Numbered from the stretch's first letter, positions 41,546 to 55,507 are shown. The stretch is 64,000 nt of DNA from Eledone cirrhosa (GCA_964016885.1 OZ024749.1:53444001-53508000), one strand, 5' to 3'. Numbers and translations are program-made. Notes: generated by a model from the letters alone, not told the origin.

Positions 41546-43110
41546 TATATATTATTTATTCTTTATCCTTTATCATTAATATTAATATAAAAAAATAATA
41601 ATGTATAATTATTTCAAATCTTTTTACCCACATGTTTTTAGAGGAGGGCTTCAAATTTCTTTAGGGCCTCCACAGGTGAAAGTCTTGCCTTGGTGTTATG
41701 GTGAATTTACATTATCAAACCACTTCAGCTTTTCACTATTGATACAAGACATGCATAGTCCACTCTTCACACTGTTTGTTTTTCCTTTAACATCCTCGTT
41801 AATTCAATGTTCTATATATGGAATGCGAATCGTCTTTCTATAACATTTCATTTCAAAGGCCATGATCATTTCCTCACTTCTGGCATCTAACATTGATGAT
41901 TCACACCCACAAAGTGTAGTTGAAATTATAATTGCTCTTTAAAAAGGAAGTTTTGTTATTCTAAATTTTTTTGTTTTTCCAAACATCTGCTCTAGCTGCT
42001 GAACATTTTACTTCTTTCATTTCATATATTTACTTATTGTTCTTCACAGTTGTGTTGTGTGGTTGTTATGTTGTATTTTGTGTTATGTTATGTTGTATTG
42101 TGTTGTGTGGTTGTTATGTTGTGTATTGTTGTGTTGCATTGTGTTAATCGACTTTCCTCTCCCCAAAAATTGTTGACCTTGTGCCTAAATTAGGTGTTTT
42201 ATTTGCTGATTCTGTTGAATAATTACAGAGAAAGTGTCTAACCTGGGAAAGGATTTAAGTCAAAACATTAAAGCCTACATGTGAAAACACAAAATACTAG
42301 TTCATAATGGAGCTAATACTATCTCGGTGCAATTTGTCAAGTAGCATTCATGACTCTGTAGAAAGAAGATAGGTTTGAGATCAATAATGTTTACTCAGCT
42401 TAAGCAACAGGTACACAAAGATAGGTGTGAACTTGCAAGTCTATACATGTATCAAATGTTAAAATTAATTAGCAGCAATAACATTCATGAAACAAATTTT
42501 ACAAACTGATTATATCTTCACTCGAAACTGTTGAAAATTTCTCAATCTCAATAAAACATTTTATCAAGTTGTTAGGTATGTTGGCAACAAAAAGTTCACC
42601 TTGCTGTATGTGAAAATATCTTTCTAAAATGGCCAAGAAGTTTGATGTTATTCAGGGAAAAGACAAGCTCTGAATGTAGAGTTGAGTTGAATACAATATT
42701 TTCGATGGGATGTGAAGTTTTAAACTTGCATGAAAAGTGCAATGCATGTAACTAGAAAGACACGTCATCAGCATCATCATCATTACCATCATTGTTATTA
42801 ACATTCACTTTCTTTGCTAACAAGAGTTTGACGGGTCATCATAGACCAAGTCAGTATTTAATCAGTCACTGATCTCTCAGATGAGCCTAGGACCCACATT
42901 TCACTTACAAGGTGCACCAAGTGCATTTTATCATGGCACCAGCACTAGGGAGGTTGTCATATATTTGGCACAAACTGCTGGGTCCTATCTACCCTTTGTT
43001 TGGTAAGTTTCCTATCATCAACCATTTTACAGAGTGCACTGCGTGCATTTTATCATGTTACCTACATTAAATAGGGTGTTGTGGCCCTACACAACTTAAG
43101 GGTTCTCTCA

Positions 43111-43148
<38 letters not shown>

Positions 43149-43258
43149 TTTTTAGCATGTTTTCTACAATTGGATGCCCTTGCTAATGCCAACCACTTTA
43201 CAACATATATGGGGAGTATTTTATCATGACACTAACTCTACCACATAGGGTGGACTAG

Positions 43259-43295
<37 letters not shown>

Positions 43296-45896
43296 CCCCA
43301 TCATGGTACAGCACTACCACTTTACAGAATGGGCTTGGTGTATTTTATCATGGCACTAGAACTATCCCATTACAACACTAGGGCCCTCGTTGTCTACCCT
43401 CAGGCTGGGGAGAAAGTAGTGATGCTGAGAAATGTATTTGGTACATATATACCAGTCCATTCTGTAAATGTGGTCGGCATTAAGAAAGGCATCCAACCGT
43501 AGAAACCAAACCAGAAACAGTTCTGTATGAGGAAGACATGGTCACCTGATCTGATTCGTCTCACAATGTCTGTCTAACCCACGCTATCATGGAAAATGGA
43601 CGTTAAACAGTTATGATGATGATACCACTGCATCCACAAAGAAATTAACGTGATGATGCAAGAAAATAGACCAACAGTAATTCAACTTGTACTTGGTGCT
43701 AATTCTTTTTAGAGTACTTCTATACCACATACCTTACACTACTTAAACCAACTCCCCCACCAAAAAAAAGAAAAGAAATGGAAAAGAACCCATATATAGA
43801 TATGTTGAACACATCATAGCAAAATGTGTTGAAATTACAAGGCATTATGATAACATCCTAGTTAAACCTTTTATAAATGATAAATTACTCACACCTACAT
43901 ATACCGCCAATCTAATTAGGACAATTATTTGATTGTCATTACATTTAATACAACTACCATGTAGAAGACAATTCCTTCACATTCCTCACACCACCTACTC
44001 ATAGTTATGTCTCTCTCTAAATATATGTATATAATATATATATATACATACATACACGCACGCACGTCAGAACATCACTCTCTCTCCACACACGTCAAAG
44101 GAACGAGCCAGATTTCACTTTTTCATTCGTTTGTTTGTGATTTGTATTACATTCATTTTGCTTTAATGAATGAATGGAATGGTTATTGTTAAAAGCAATT
44201 GTTGTTAGAACTTTGATGTCTTTGATTCTGTCAGCCAAACTCCATCTAGTAAGGCCTTATAAAGGGCACAACACTAAAACTGTACTAGTACATCTATAGC
44301 ATTGTGCCTCCCAACATTAACCCTTTTGATACTGTTTGTTTTAAAGTATCTATATCTATCTAAAAATCCCCCTTAGTAAGAAACTTTAAGTTACATTTCA
44401 AACAGTTTAATAATGAGATGCCTCATAAAAGTTGCACAAGTGCCAGCCTTTAACCTGTGCAAACATGGAAGAATGGGCATAGAAGCAATGACTTCCTGAC
44501 TCTAGATATATCTTAAGCATCAAACAAAGATTTCTAATCTAATCCAGGGGCTTTTCACTCCTGTTGGAGGAACACCTCCATTTTCTGTTTGGTTGTAGTC
44601 ATACCTTCAGGGGTGTAGCCATATTCACCATGTTTGCAAATTGTGGGTTGGTGAGGCTATTTCACTCAAAGTTGGGGTGCATGGCCATTGAAATTGAGTT
44701 CAACAGCTCTTGTTTTTTGTGCTGCTGAGGTTTCACATACCCTCCTCACCAGACCAGGGTCTAATTGCCGACTCCTCGACTATCAAGTGTGTTGTACTGG
44801 GTTACATGGTACCAGTAGTAAGTAGAAACCTGACCTGACTTACAAAGATTTAGTATTGAATAAGTTAATTCTTGTCCCATCGAAACAGAGACATGTATAC
44901 ATTGTGTCTACTAAGAAACTAAGACTTTAACTGGGTCAGCTTAAAAGATTACCAGTAATATGTTTTACATAATAACTATATTTCCATTCAATAAATCCAA
45001 GTGACTGCTCTGTGAAGACTGGTAATGGCAAATGACAGGACTTTAACTCTTAAATGTATTGTTATAAAAAATGTGTGTGTGTGTGAGAGAGTCTGGCAGA
45101 ATGTTGGTTGACAGTCTGCCAAACTACATCCAGGCAATGCAACCCCCACATCACTAACACAAGAGAAGTAACACCACAAGAGCATGAGGATAGAGAAAAA
45201 GCCCTCAATGCCCATATGGTGATGTGGACAAATATAATGCAGCCCAACAAAAGGACTGCCAACAACTTCCAGGCCTGGAACAATGACGTGCCAGCGTTGT
45301 ATGGGCTTCGAAAAGACCATAAAACGAGCAGTGACCCTGTCACGAGACCACCAACACGGCCAGTCTGTGGAGCTAACATTGCTAGTAACTACAGACTGTC
45401 CTACTTCCTCTCCCTGATCATACGCCCCATCATTGAAATGTCCCCAGATGTATGTGACAGCACGGAGGACCTCCTCAGCAGAATCGGCGAGGATAACCAA
45501 TCTAGGGACCGAACAAACTGCATAATGGGTAGTATGGATGTTGTGTCCCTGTATCCATCTATTGATGTGGATTTTGCTGTGGAGAAATGCGTAGAAATGA
45601 TCAGTGAGAGCAATGTTGAGTTGAGTTGCGTGGGATTGATACCTGTGAGCTGGGACTCCTACTTAAACTTACCTATAGTAATAATTATCTAGACGCATAT
45701 GACCTTAGCAACCTGTGCCCTACAAGACCAGCAAGAGGCAGACCACCTACCATTACCTCAATGGCCAAGAAAACCTACACAGATGGATGGAACGGGTGGA
45801 CCAGAGCCATACGGACCTCTGAAAACCACAATGAACTAAAGAAAATGATTACACATGCGGTGGGGGCCAGCATAAAATTAACCCTTAAGGAACATA

Positions 45897-47812
45897 TCAT
45901 CATCATCACCGTTTTACGTCCGTTCTTCCACGCTAGCATGGGTTAGACGGGTTGTCCTGTTGTGTGCAGTGTCTGGTCGGCTGACCATGCCTTGCTCATA
46001 CAGGAACTGATCTGGCTTGATTTCTACAGCTGGATGCCCTTCCTAACACCAACCTCATTTACAGTGAGTGCTGGGAGCTTTTTCGTGGCGCCTACACGTC
46101 CACTTTACAGTGTGGGCTGGGTGCTTTTTTTTGCCGTGGCACCTCCACGATCACCTTGCGGTGGGGGCATATTGATTATATGCTTCAACATGTACCCATG
46201 GGAGGTCGGGTACTCTGTATTACTGCGTGACGCCAGAAGTCACGGTCGTGTGTCATTGTCTTTGAGAGGTGTAATTGGGTAAGGTCGGCTTTTATCACCT
46301 CATCCCAGGTCATCTTGGGTCTCCCCACCCCGCGGTTTCCATCAACTTCTAGTGCTCTGCACCTTTTTATGCAGCTCTCATCCTTCATACACATCACATG
46401 TCCATACCAGCGCAACCGCCTCTCCTGCACACAGCATTTGATTCCTCTTATGCTCAGTCTCTCTCTCAATTCATTTATGCTTTGTTGTTCACGTATATTA
46501 CTGTTACACATCCATCGGAGCATGCAGGCTTCGTTTCTCTCTAATCTACATAAGTCTTCCACCTTCAGCGCCCAGGTCTCACTACCATGCAACATCGCTG
46601 TTCAGATACACGTATCATACAGTCTGCCTTTCATTCTGAGGGAGAAGCCTTTTGCAGCTAGCAGTGGTAGTAGTTCTCTAAACTTCTTCCATCCCGTTCT
46701 TACCCTAGTTATTGTACTTTCTGAACACCCACCTCCGTTGCTAATTCGGTCACCTAGGTAGCAGAAGCTGTCTACTGTTTCTACAGGGCCCTCCCAGAGA
46801 TTGGTGGTACTTGTTTCCTGTGGCTGTTTGCTGCTTGCTGTCCCAGCACAGCTGCTACATGTGAAGCCTACATTCTTAATTAAGCTTCCTGAGATCCCGC
46901 TACATCTCTTGTGTACCCATTGTTTGCATTTGGGGCAGAGAATGGAGTTCCTACCTACACCTTTCCTACATACTGAGCAAGGCCATTTCTCTGAGGGGTT
47001 CTGTTTTCTCGTTTACTTACAAGGACCTTAGTCTTTGTCATGTTGACTTTGAGACCCTTTCTCTCTAGTCCCTGCTTCCAGGTTTGGAATTTATTCTCTA
47101 GTTCTATCATAGATTCAGCTATGAGTGCGAGGTCATCAGCATACAGGAGTTCCCATGGGCATCCGGTCTTAAATTCCTCCGTTATTGCCTGCAGGACTAT
47201 GATGAACAGGAGAGGGCTAAGAACAGCCCTGGTGGACCCCAACCTGTACCCTAAATTCCTCGCTATACTCATTGCTAATCCTAACTTTGCTGACTGCTCC
47301 CCTATACATGGCTTGTACCGCTTTCACAAGCCATTCATCTACTCCTAGTTTTCTAAGAGCCCACCAGATTACAGCACGTGGAACTCTGTCAAAGGCTTTC
47401 TCAAGGTCGACAAATGCCAAGTAGAGTGGCTTACTTTTAGCTAGGTACTTTTCCTGTAATTGCCTCACAAGGAAGAGGGCATCAGTGGTGCCTCTTCCTG
47501 GTACAAACCCAAATTGCATCTCGTCTATATTCACCCGGTCCCTAATCAGCTGTGCTATAACTCTTTGTTACTTTCATGACCTGGTCCATCAACTTTATAC
47601 CTCTATAGTTTCCTCTATCTAGTGCATCGCTTTTGCCTTTGTAGCAGTTGACAATGATGCTACTGCACCAATCTTTTGGTATGGCCCCTTCTAGTATTGT
47701 GTGGTTATAGTGTGACCTACAGACCCAGATGCCTTCAGCATCTCGGCAGCTATACCCGATGGACCGGTTGCCTTCCCCATCTTCATATCTCTGATTGCCT
47801 TACTTACTACGC
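45897..47812 (-). mobile_element. RTE LINE (subfamily B), frameshifted, nested in the Penelope RT
   Basis: GKATGPSG, QFGF, YADD, PHD cysteines, RRLRWYGH; Penelope RT sequence resumes on both sides. Confidence 0.95.
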
Positions 47813-49279
47813 TGTTCAAATTTAATGGAAAAACATATGCCCAAGAGGAGGGAGCAGCCATTAGTGTTAGCATTGCAGGCGACATAGCTAACTTATTCAT
47901 GGTATGGTGGGACAGTAGACTTAAACTTAAACAACAATTAGAAGACCCCCTTAACCCTGATAATGTACTCCCGCTAAGTTGATGATATAAACATCGTAGT
48001 TAAAACACCCCCACTAGAGAACAGTCAGGAATTAGAGAAAAACACAATGGAAAGCATCCAGCAAATAGCTAACTCCATCCACCAGAGTATTAGAGTTACT
48101 ATAGACTACCCAAGCAAACACCCCAACCATTGATTACCTGTACTAGACACAGAGCTCTGGTTAGATACCACTAACAAAAAACAAATCCTCCATTCCCATT
48201 ATGCCAAACCCATGACTTCCAAATATCTGATCCACCGAAACTCAGCTGTTTCGGACCATACCAAAATCAACATACTGATTGCGGATTTGGTACGGGTGAT
48301 GAGAAATGTGTCCCGCATGTGCAACCCCGAAGAACTAGAGAGACACATACAACACTTCATCCACCGTATGCAGTTCTCTGGTTACAATCAGAGAGATAAA
48401 ATCAGAGTGTATAGAGGAGCCAGAACCAAATGGTAAATAATGACACAAATGGGACCTGCCCCTTGTATAGGAGCAAATTTTAGAATAGAAAGAACTAGGA
48501 ATAAGGCTAATAGAATAAACTCATGGTATGATAGCAATAAATACCAGTGTAATGTTCATCGATACAACCCCTAGAGGTGAATTAGCTTAGAAATTTAGAA
48601 GGGCCCTAGATAAACTCAATATTAAGATAGTAGAAAGACCAGGTACCTCCATAAAAACACTTATTAGCAAGATATACCCTTTTCAAAGACCCCCCCCCCC
48701 CTGTATAGATAAGAAATGCATAACCTGTAAATTAAGCCCCCATATTAACTGTAAAACTAGAAATGTAGTATATAGCATAAGATGTACTGAAGGACAATGT
48801 AGAGATAAAAATATAGTGTACATAGGTGAGACAGCTCGTAGTGGAGGGGAACGGATAAATGAACACTGGCGAGACCTTCAAGATAGTAAAGAATCATCTG
48901 TACTCTACCAACATGCTAAAATAGAACATAAGGGTAAATTAGAGAACAGAAATAAAAATAGAATCTACACACAGAAAAGACGCAATGTTTAGACAAATCA
49001 CAGAGGCAATAAACATAAAAGAATTACAACCAAAATTAAATAGAAAACATGAGTGGAACAGCAACATCACAACTTACAATTGAGGACAAAATGAAAACAC
49101 ACACGCACATAGAACAAACAACCAACCAGTAACATGTAAATAAACAAATAAACGAATATAAACACACACAGACACCCGGATGTGGCGCATGCGCAGACTG
49201 AGCACACAACACACACACAGAAACAAGATGGTGTAGGACAGAACAAAAGAGAGGCACAAAAACAAAGAAAAGACTCCCC

Positions 49280-49325
49280 AGTCACTGAAGAGGTCACAGA
49301 ATGTGTGACAAAAGAACTTTAATAT
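49280..49325 (+). ncRNA. Degenerate hammerhead-like motif in the Penelope 3' end (related copies at about 35249 +, 57312-57346 -, 58425-58470 +)
   Basis: GTCA-CTGAAGAG-GTCAC..GTGAC-AAAAG; other copies keep GAAA but read TTGAGGAG; no single copy intact. Confidence 0.5.
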
Positions 49326-49521
49326 ATAAACAACCATCTGGTTGTGGAACCAACCAACCAACCGGAAATTTATAAATTTATTATAATAAATTGAAGTGAA
49401 AGCAACTGGTGTGTGTGTGTTTCGTATTGGCAACATGACCCTCCCAAAGTATAACAATATATATATATATTTATATTAATTCAAAATATTAACAAAAATA
49501 GACAATTCTTGTGATCAAGTA

Positions 49522-49588
49522 TATTTTATTATACATATTTCAGAGCTACTGAGCTAACTTCAACAGTACGTCCTCATCAGATAAAATA
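49522..49588 (-). ncRNA. Type I minimal hammerhead ribozyme (element B, left arm)
   Basis: TATTTTAT-CTGATGA-GGACGTACTG...CAGTAGCTCT-GAAA-TATGTA-TA-ATAAAATA. Confidence 0.78.
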
Positions 49589-49671
49589 AGATGATGCATG
49601 ACATACCCTGTCATAGTAGATGGTTATGAATCTTAACCATCTACTATGTCAGGGTATATCATGCATCATCT

Positions 49672-49738
49672 TATTTTATCTGGTGAGGACGTACTGTTGA
49701 AGTTAGCTTAGTAGCTCTGAAATATGTATAATAAAATA
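49672..49738 (+). ncRNA. Core-mutated hammerhead copy (element B, right arm)
   Basis: Same layout, but the core reads CTGGTGA instead of CTGATGA. Confidence 0.65.
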
Positions 49739-49937
49739 TACTTGATCACAAGAATTGTCTATTTTTGTTAATATTTTGAATTAATATTAATAACTCCGGA
49801 AAACCATTCCAGTTGAGTGCTTCCAATCTATTGTAAAACTCATTCTTTGATTTATTCATTGAACCTTGTTTAACCTTTAAATATATATATATATATATAT
49901 ATATAGATATATATATATATGTGTGTGTGCATGTGTA

Positions 49938-49980
<43 letters not shown>

Positions 49981-49981
<1 letters not shown>

Positions 49982-51730
49982 ATCATCATCGTTTAACGTC
50001 CATCTTCCACGCTAGCATGGGTTTGGATGGGAATTTTCCCACTTGAGGCAAGATTGGTTGTCTTGCTCGTATAGGACTGTCTGGCGGGTTTTCTACGGCT
50101 GGATGCCTTTCCTAACACCAACCACGTTTACAGTGTGGACTGGAAGGTATTTACTGGGTTACCTACATGGCCACATTACAGCGTGGACTGTGTTTTTTTT
50201 TTTTTTTGTCGTGACACCTACACGACCTCATTTATTTAGGACTGGATGTTGTGGTACCAACATAACTTTACATTGAAAGGGGCGGTGTAGTAGGTTTTAC
50301 TTTGTATTTAGGTAAGGCGGGTCTTCTCTATTACTGAGTGCCGCCAAAGATCTCGGTCCAGTGACATTGTCTTGGAGAGGTGTAAGTGTGTGAGGTCGGA
50401 GTTTATCAGGTCGTCCCACGTTTTTCTGGGTCTACCTACTCCGTGGCTACCGTCTATTTTGATCGCCCTGCACTTTTTTATACAGCTGTCATCTTTCATG
50501 CACATCACGTGACCATACCAACGTAGTCTTCTCTCGAGTAAACAGCATCTGATTCCTCTTATTCCTAATTTCTCACTTAGTTCATTTATGCTTTGCCGTT
50601 CACGTATATTACTATTACACATCCAACGGAGCATGCAAGTTTCGTTCCTCTCCAGTCTGCGTAGATCCTCTGCACACAATGCCCAAGTCTCATTGCCATG
50701 TAACATTGCTGTTCGTATGCAGGCATCATACAGCCTGCCTTTCATTTTTAGAGAGAAACCTTTAGTGGCCAATAGTGGTGTAAGCTCTCTGAACTTTTTC
50801 CATCCCGTTCTGACTCTAGCTACTGTACTTTCAGAGCACCCTCCACCACTGCTGATTTTGTCACCCAGGTAATGGAAGGTGTCCACTATTTCTATAGAAC
50901 CATCTGTGCAATGGAATGAGCTAGTATTCTGTGGGAACTTGCTGCTACTTATTGCACCTGAGCACCGGCCACATATAAAATCTATATTCTTCGTTAGCTT
51001 ACCTGTGATCCCACTACATCTTTTATGCACCCATACTTTGCATTTGGGACATAAAATGGAGTTTCTGCCTACTCCTTTCCTACACACTGAGCATGGCCAT
51101 TTCCCAGATGGGACCAGTGCCCTATTTTCTTTCCTACATACTAGAACTTTAGTCTTAGGCAGGTTAATTTTCAGGCCTTTTGATAGGCCATGCTTCCATG
51201 TTTGGAATTTCTTCTCTAGTTCAGCCATTGATTCAGCTATAAGCGTTAGATCATCAGCGTATAGGAGTTCCCATGGGCAGCCGGTCTTGAACTCCTCTGG
51301 TATAGCCTGAAGGGCAATAATAAATAGTAGGGGGCTAAGGACGGAGCCTTGATGAACACCAACTTTTACGCTAAACTCTTCACTATATTCGTTGTTAATT
51401 CTAACCTTGCTGACTGTTTCTTTATACATGGCTTGTATAGCTCTCACAAGCCATTCATCAACACCTAGTTTTCTGAGAGCCCACCAGATAATGGGGGCAT
51501 GGGACTCTGTCAAAGGCTTTCTCCAAGTCAACAAAAGCTAAGTATAGGGGTTTACTTTTAGCTAGGTACTTCTCCTGTAGTTGTCGTACAATGAAAAGAG
51601 CATCTGTGGTACTTTTACCTGACACAAACCCGAACTGCATTTCATCCAGATCAATTCGCTCTCTGATTAGTTGCGCTATTACTTTTTCTGTGACCTTCAT
51701 GACCTGGTCAATTAATTTAATGCCTCTATA
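49981..51730 (-). mobile_element. RTE LINE (subfamily C), 5'-truncated, flanked by TA repeats
   Basis: ORFs 51458-51733 and 50308-51534 form a frameshifted RT (YRGIKL, YADD, PHD, FHYLG). Confidence 0.95.
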
Positions 51731-51943
51731 CATATATATATAATGTGTGTTATATACATAAATTTGATCTAAGAGATATCAAATGTAGTCTGCAAGAGAA
51801 AAGACTGAGCTGGTATAGACAGACCAGGTCACCTGGATGAAGGTGACTATGTTGTAAGACCAGAAACACCCAGTGATTCCAGGGTACCACACTGATGTCA
51901 CAAAATTTTGTATTGTCTATTTTTTTACTTTTTATGGTTTCAG

Positions 51944-52025
51944 AAAAAACTGTGAAACGAATGAATTGGGTAAAATGTTGGAAGAACTTCATAGAAAAAA
52001 GCAACTTGAAGATAATGACCGAGTG
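51944..52025 (+). CDS. WDR44: WDR44 putative exon 4 (KNCETNELGKMLEELHRKKQLEDNDRV)
   Basis: TTTCAG acceptor, GTATGT donor; phase 2->0. Confidence 0.75.
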
Positions 52026-52564
52026 GTATGTTTGTCTTTAACACTTGTGAACAACTTTATCATTTCCACTTTTTTTCAGAAATATTTTTACCTTTTAAGA
52101 ACTTCTATTAATTTGACAATGGGTTAACACAACAACTCCAGTTAGCAGAGAAATCTGAGTATGGAGTTATGGTGAGTCACATATATTCTAGCCATTACAA
52201 AAAGCAAAATGAATGCTTCACCTTTGAAAAAGAGATGACTCGAGAAGATCTTCTATTCACCTTGTGTTTATATCTAAATAGTACAAGTTTATTATCATCA
52301 TAATCATTTAATGTCCCCGCTTTCCCTGTTAGCAAGGGTTGGACACGTCTACATTGACCAATTTAATACTGAAGTGAGGCTACTGACCTTTCAGATGGGA
52401 TAAGGGTACATATATACTATTTTCTGTTTGTCAATTATATTACACTGGACTTTCTATATGTTAATAATCAACAGTCTTGTTATTTACAAATATTTAAATG
52501 AAAACAAAACCTGCAAAGAAAATTTTGTCATTATGAAATTGTTTTCTTTTCTATTTATTTTTAG

Positions 52565-53176
52565 GAAGCAGAAAAGAAGGTACTAGAAAATCGGAAGAGA
52601 CGGCGTAAAGTTGAATTGTTGAGGCAAGCTTTGTCTGAAGATAAATCACCTCTAAAGAATGACAGTGAAGATTTATTTAAAGAATTAGATGCTCCCAGCA
52701 ATGTTGATAAAGCTGAAGCATTAATATTTCCTTCTGATTTTGATATTAACAATATACAGTTGGCTTCTAATTCTGGTGGCAATGATATAATTTCCAAAAA
52801 TGGTTGTCCTCTTAGTCTTTCATCTCCTCTGTTGGAGCAGTCTACTTCTTCTTCTCTTGTTCAGACCACAACCAGTCACCCTTTCACGGACATCAGTATG
52901 ACCGTCGCTGTCCCTGTTCCTGAAAATTTTCCAAGTACTGGTGTTCTGCAAGATGCGTATTACCCTGCTTCTACAGATATGTGTCTAAAAAATAATATAG
53001 TCAGTTTAGTACCAAAAGACAATGAACCAGATATCATCCAAAGTGCTAAACCCCGTAATTTAACTCCTCCTAACACAATGGACTCCAAGAATCAGAATGT
53101 GTTGTCTTCTACTCAGAATCCACCTGTTGCTCCTCCAAGACGTAAACGAAGACCAAAAAATCTATCGACAAGTCAT
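52565..53176 (+). CDS. WDR44: WDR44 exon 5, 204 aa low-complexity/proline-rich region
   Basis: Open 612 nt between TAG and GTAAGT; EPDIIQSAK, PRNLTP and PPVAPPRRKRR resemble WDR44 EPDIVAST, PRHLTP and PAPPPRKRK. Confidence 0.85.
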
Positions 53177-53811
53177 GTAAGTATTAGCTTTTTTGTTCTG
53201 TTGAACTTATAATAATTAACTCTTTCTTGTTGGCTGTAGCAACAATGTGTGTTGCAATTGAATAAACTATATACTTTTCCTACTAAATTCTCCTAATGTC
53301 TGATATGGTATGGTTTGATCCCGTAACTCCAGGTGGAGTCATAGAACGCTGTATTGACACAGCATTTCTTGGGTATTTTATTCCTGGCAGAACCCATCCC
53401 TCTCCAGGTCTGAAAACAACAAGATTTCTTCCAGAGAAAGATAGAGAGTAAGAGAGAGGAAGTGAAAAAGAGATATAGAGGAAGAATCGATCCCATTACT
53501 AGACTGATACTATCAACCTCAGATGGATAAAAAGCAAAGTTGACTTCAACAGGATTTGAACCGAGAGAGCAGAAAGCTGGATCAAAAACTGCAAAGCTTT
53601 CTATCTGATGTTCTAATAACTCTGTCAAATAAAATAATAAGCTTCCACTTGAAAGTGACTGAAATATGAAGAGTTAAATAAGAATGAATCTGTCTTGTTT
53701 AATCTATTTTGTAGGTAAGATTTGCAAATATAGAACTATTCTTAATTAATCATTGTATTCTAATATTCAGTAATTTACCTAAAAAAACTTCTCTATATTT
53801 TTACTTTGCAG

Positions 53812-53949
53812 GAAAATCTATCCATGTATTGCGTTTCTGCTACAGAGTTACTAACACCAGTATCTACAGTGGAATGTTTAACCAAAGAACTTCAGCATTC
53901 TCTTGACTTACAAAGTGCCTTAGAAGGAAGTAGAATAATCAATGCAGAG
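53812..53949 (+). CDS. WDR44: WDR44 exon 6 (ENLSMYCVSATELLTPVSTVECLTKELQHSLDLQSALEGSRIINAE)
   Basis: TGCAG acceptor, GTCAGT donor; 138 nt, phase 0-0. Confidence 0.8.
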
Positions 53950-54655
53950 GTCAGTGTTATTCCAGCTTTCAGACATTTTTTCTCAGTTGAAATTGTTTGG
54001 CAACTTTTCTATGGTTGGATGCCCTTCCTTATCACTAACCACTTTACAGAGTGTACTGGGTATGTTTATCATGTGGATCACCAACACTCAGGAGATTGTC
54101 ATGCATCCTCCTGACTATTTTTTGGGCAAGCTTTCTATGGCTGGATGCCCTTTTCTGACCACTTTACGGCATGTATTGAGTGCATTTATCATATAGATCA
54201 CCAATACTAGGTTGTTAGTGATCTGAGTTGTCTTAAATTCATTCTAGTCTATTGACTGAAGAATGCTTTCATGTATTTGATTATATTTTACCATTAAAAC
54301 TACAAATAAATCTTCAGAATATTATTGTTCTTGCTGCACTTGGTGCCTATGTATAAAGCTGTAACTCCATCATAGTGACATACAGTGTTTCTTGGGCAGT
54401 TTTTTTTTTTATATCTAGCAAAGCTCATCCCCCTCCAGGTTTAAACAGGAGATTTCTTCCGGAAAATGAGAAAGAGTGATAGATAAGAATCGACCCTAAT
54501 ACTGGACAAATATTTTTTTTTATCGACCTTGAAAGAGTGAAAAGTAAAATTGACCTTGACTGGATTTGAACTCGGTGAAGAGAGCTGGTTTGACTACTGC
54601 TAAGCATTCTATCTGTTGTTCTAACAACTCTGTCTATTCCCTGCCTCGCCTGCCT

Positions 54656-55277
54656 CTAAAATTGTCAAGAAGGCTGAGGGTGTCTTGGCATCACTCAGCA
54701 AGACCTCTGTCAGTCGCTTTCCAGCTATCTATTTAAAGCTGTATATAGCTATGGTGTGGCCACACTTAGAATTTGCATCACCAGTCTGGAACCCCTATCT
54801 TGCTCAGAACATTGACCTCCTGGAAACTTCAGAGATGTGCAACCAAGCAAATACTTTCCATCAGGCATCTACCATACTCTGAACGCCTTGCTTCCCTGGG
54901 CATAGATACATTGATGATCCAACGTCTCGCAACTGACTTGGTAAACACCCACAAAATTATTAACCATCTTGCCAACAACAACCCTGAGCACCTTTTTGAA
55001 TTTCATGCGTCTAACACACATGGTGGGCATGCCCACAAAGTCAGAAAACAGCACAGCTCCCATGACTTTCGGAAACATTTTTTCATGCTCAGAGTTGCTG
55101 AAGCATGGAACAAACTATCTGCATCAGTTGTCTCGGAAATTAACAAATGATGAAGGTAGTTTGTTCCATGCTTCAGAAACTCTGAGCGTGGAAAAATGTT
55201 TTGAATGTAATGGGAGCTGTGCTATTTCTTGACTTTGTAGGTATGTCCTCATGTGTTAGACACATGAAATTAAAAAT
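54656..55277. mobile_element. CR1-type LINE 3' fragment (+, 54656-55131) abutting an inverted diverged piece (about 55145-55277)
   Basis: LYIAMVWPHLEFASPVWNPY, QRCATK, RKHFFMLRVAEAWNKL are typical CR1 ORF2 C-terminal motifs. Confidence 0.88.
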
Positions 55278-55321
55278 ACGATATTGATAATTAATGATTT
55301 CTAATTTTAATACAAGGCCAC

Positions 55322-55364
<43 letters not shown>

Positions 55365-55507
55365 TGGGAGGGCAGTTACTTGACTGGTACTATATCAACT
55401 TCAAAAGGATGAAAGACTAAACAGCTTTGCATTCCTTATTGATAATTTATATATATATATATATATATCTTTCAATATATATATATACTGTATATATATA
55501 TATATAT

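Larger units (their letters stand above)
45100..49457 (+). mobile_element. Decayed Penelope-like retroelement (RT + GIY-YIG endonuclease), interrupted by an RTE LINE
   Basis: RPVCG, DSTEDLL, MDVVSLYPSID; after the insert FNGKTYAQEEGAAI..IANLFM and R*VDD (stop codon in the catalytic motif, about 47975); NVVYSIRC..C..YIGETAR..ERINEH at 48750-48865; ORF ends 49083; frameshifts present. Confidence 0.92.
49473..49880. mobile_element. Fold-back element B: 154 bp arms (49473-49626 / 49634-49787), 7 nt spacer, tail, within (TA)n
   Basis: Four mismatches seen between arms; shares CTTATTTTATCTG..GAG, TGAAAT...ATAATAAAATATA and tail GTTGAGTGCT with element A. Confidence 0.85.

Noticed and set aside
42050-42146. 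(TGTTG/TGTTA)n tract and other simple repeats
   Set aside because: Ordinary microsatellites with no further structure seen
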